Below, piece after piece: positions 61,265-64,000 of a stretch of 64,000 nucleotides of DNA (its first letter is position 1; every line of letters begins with the position of its first letter). The notes under the pieces were generated by a model that saw only the letters and a program-made list of their open reading frames with translations, was not told the DNA's origin and did not search any database. Made by a program: the position numbers and the translations under genes. The stretch lies in the NCBI RefSeq assembly GCF_030144855.1, contig NC_082710.1:153264001-153328000 (forward strand), read 5' to 3'. The DNA comes from Hypanus sabinus. Lineage: Eukaryota.

Positions 61265-62019
61265 GTAAGTTCCCCAAATTACCCATCAACCTTAGTGCCC
61301 TATTTCTGGCACTGCACTTCCCAATCCCTCTGCTGTCCATGTCACTTATTTCTGAAAGAGACAGCCATTAATCCAGAAACCCATGTCTTTAACTCTCAGA
61401 ATACATGCCCCATTAGCACACTGCGGCTCTGGAAAGACACACCATTACTACCCTCTGCCCCCCTCTGAATGTGTTCCCATTAATGTCCTATGCCCCCTTC
61501 ATCTTGAAAAGCCCTTACCCAATCATATTAGACTCTATGCCCATGCGCATTGCATTTGAAAGAGGTGTCGTCCAAAGCAACATGTCCTCCCTCTGAAAGG
61601 CCCCATTAACCTTAATGTTCCATGTCCTTCCCCTCACAGAGCGAGCTTCCAATTAATCTAATGTCTGATGGAACTCCTCTCTCCCTGTTGGCTCTGTTGC
61701 CCTTGGGAAGAGGATGAATTTTTGAACTGTAGAGGACTGGGTATGTTTGGGAACCAGTAAGGGAAATCATTTTGTAATCAGTACTGTGCAACAAGAAAGG
61801 GTTAATTAAATGCTGGTAAAGGACAAACCTTAACTGCAATACTACATACAATTAGAAAGTGGTATGATTCAAACTGAAACCAGGGTTTCTATATGTAAAT
61901 AAAATCAAATGTAAAATTATGAGGGGCAGGTTGGTCAGAATTAATAGGGAAACTCAGTTAGAGGATATGACTTCAAATGAGCCATGGCTTGTATTTAAAA
62001 CAAAAGTACATCACTTGTA

Positions 62020-62165
62020 AAATACAAACACAAGGAAATCTGCAGATGCTGGAAATTCAAGCAACACACACAAAATGCTGGTGGAACTCAGCAGGCCAGG
62101 CAGCTTCTATAGGAAGTAGTACAGTCGACATTTTGGGCCGAGACCCTTCATCAGGACTAACTTGT
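62020..62165 (-). mobile_element. Penelope-derived terminal repeat with near-intact minimal hammerhead motif
   Basis: Minus strand TAGTC CTGATGA A GGG TCTCGG CCC AAAA T GTC GACTG at 62159-62122. Confidence 0.75.
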
Positions 62166-62889
62166 AAAACATTTCTTTAAGGCAGATAGAACCAACCAGA
62201 GAAGTGGACCAATCATTGATTATGGGATAAACAGCATAATTATTAGTAATTTATGTAAATATTTGATGTCTTTGCATTGTAGTGCAAATTTCACAATACA
62301 CAGTATAAGTCAGTGATTATAAACCTGATTCTGAAAGTTCAAAGTACATTTATCATCAAAGTATGTATACTATATACAAGCTTGAGATTCATCTCTGTGT
62401 TGGCAAACTTGAAGATTGAGAATCTTTTAGAATTCAAAAAAAGTTTATCTAGAAATTGGTAAAGAAAGGCACAGAGGGTAACGTCCTGTAAAAGCTTATA
62501 TAGTTGTGTAAAAAAGAAAACTAGCTTGGGCATGTGTGGAGCACAGTGAGAGCTGGGAGAATTTGTAGCAAAAATTGAGCTGCTGAAGGAACTTAACGGA
62601 TCAGGCAGATTCTGTGGGGGGAAATAGGCAGCTGGTGTTTTGGTGGAAGACTCTTCATCCGGACTAGGAGCAGAGGGGAGATAGTATGAAAAAGTGGGGT
62701 GAGAGCTAACAAGAGATAGGTGGATCCCTCTGACGAAGGTTTGACTGGGAGTTGAAGTTAGTTGGGAGGGGGAAAGTGTAGGTAAACTGGGAGGTGGAGG
62801 TGACAAAGGGCAGTCAGTATATGGTGGAATCTGTTAGCAAAGGAAGATGCAACATAGAATCAAATAAGGGAGATAAGGAGGTCAGTTGC

Positions 62890-63640
62890 AAGAAAGTAAA
62901 AGAAAGAAATATGAGTAAAAGGGATAGTACTAAAAAATAGATCCTGAAAGTAGATAAGTTCCAAAGATCCCATGGTCTACATACCAGACCTCTGAAGGGA
63001 TGGTGATGGAGAAAATGGATAGTCTGGTTATCATCTTCCGAATATCTGTAGATGCTGAAATGGACCTTGCAGACTGGAGTATAGCAAGTGTGACCCCACT
63101 ATTTGGCTAACACATAGGGAATAATAGAAATAAATGGAACTTCTGGTGTCTTTCATAAAGAAAGATGTGCTTGCTATGGAGGGACATATTGAGGTATAAT
63201 AACAATTCACTACACTGGTTACTGTGGTGGCAAGGTCTGTAATTTGAGATGTAATTGTGTGCTCAAAGCTTTATAAGTATGAAACATGCTTAAAAGGCTT
63301 GAGAGTTTATGTCAGGAGGATGTTTATACTAGCTAAAGAGTCTAGACCTAGAGTCACGTTCTCCAAACTAATGTGTAGTTACATGAGTGCATGAGAATTA
63401 CCTTCACACGGATGGTGTGCCTTTGAAAATCTCTGCCCGAGAGCTATAGAGGCTTAGTCATTGGTTACATTCAAAACAGGTTGCTAGATTCTGGTGAACT
63501 GAGGGAATGGTGAGATATGGGGTTAGTCTAAGAAGATGGTGTTGAGATAGAAGACCAAATACAATGTCATTGAATGGAAGAACAGACTGGAGGGGCTGAA
63601 TGGTGTGCATCACATTTAGTTCCTCTCTATTAACTTCAAA
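62890..63640 (+). mobile_element. CR1 LINE fragments
   Basis: Remnants DWSIASVTPLF and 3' end ctggaggggctgaatgg. Confidence 0.55.
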
Positions 63641-63950
63641 GCCACTTTTCACTCTTACTAAAAGCTCTGCAGTCTCTGTATTGTCTTTTTCTCTTTTTGA
63701 AGGCTCTCAAGTAGTTCCAGTGTCCCACCGCCCTTTCTCTGAAAGAGTTCCCTCATAGGTTAAGTCCTTATCAAGGTTCCAGTTAACTGAACCTTGGACT
63801 GTATCAGGCAGCAGTGTATCACAATCACTCTCCACTGTTTGGCTGTGGGTGTTTGTGCAATACTCAGCAAACATTTTTGATGCATTTCCGCACTTAAGTG
63901 TCATGAAGAAACCATCCCTAAAACAGATTCCTTTTGCAAACTGACTTTAA

Positions 63951-64000
63951 CTGTGTGTGTATGTGTATGTGTCTCTATATACACACACGCACGCACGCAC
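63951..64000. repeat. Compound (TG)/(CA)/(GCAC) microsatellite
   Basis: Direct reading of the sequence. Confidence 0.9.

Noticed and set aside
62431-62458. Possible exon 3 (NSKKVYLEI) of the signal-peptide gene
   Set aside because: Weak polypyrimidine tract adjacent to a LINE tail; phase compatibility alone is insufficient

Overview
Eukaryotic, repeat-dense vertebrate DNA. The repeat landscape (CR1 and Rex1/Babar LINE fragments, Penelope-like elements, tRNA-headed SINEs, Tc1, RTE, Tx1/L1 ends, gypsy LTRs) resembles a cartilaginous fish such as a ray or shark; this is inference only. Most of the window is decayed, often nested transposons, and most short ORFs in the track are their remnants or shadows. 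Host features: one clear 12-finger zinc-finger coding exon (28156-29232, +), a signal-peptide first exon of an unidentified secreted or membrane protein gene (60015-60066, +), and several CpG-rich promoter-like islands with splice-site-bounded candidate exons (about 6.2-6.95, 8.8-10.6, 17.2-17.6 and 58.6-60.1 kb). The most interesting object is a full-length but inactivated Ty3/gypsy element (45543-50069, -). It has no tRNA primer-binding site; the PBS position holds a 16-nt perfect complement of its own LTR poly(A)-signal segment, suggesting self-priming or poly(A) masking. It also has a YLDN reverse-transcriptase motif, a 3x72-nt in-frame repeat, and an 85/93-bp flanking duplication beside a truncated LTR end. 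Second, the Penelope-derived repeats carry minimal hammerhead-ribozyme motifs, with covariation visible between copies in this window. LINE and SINE boundaries are approximate (tens of bp). No database search was run.
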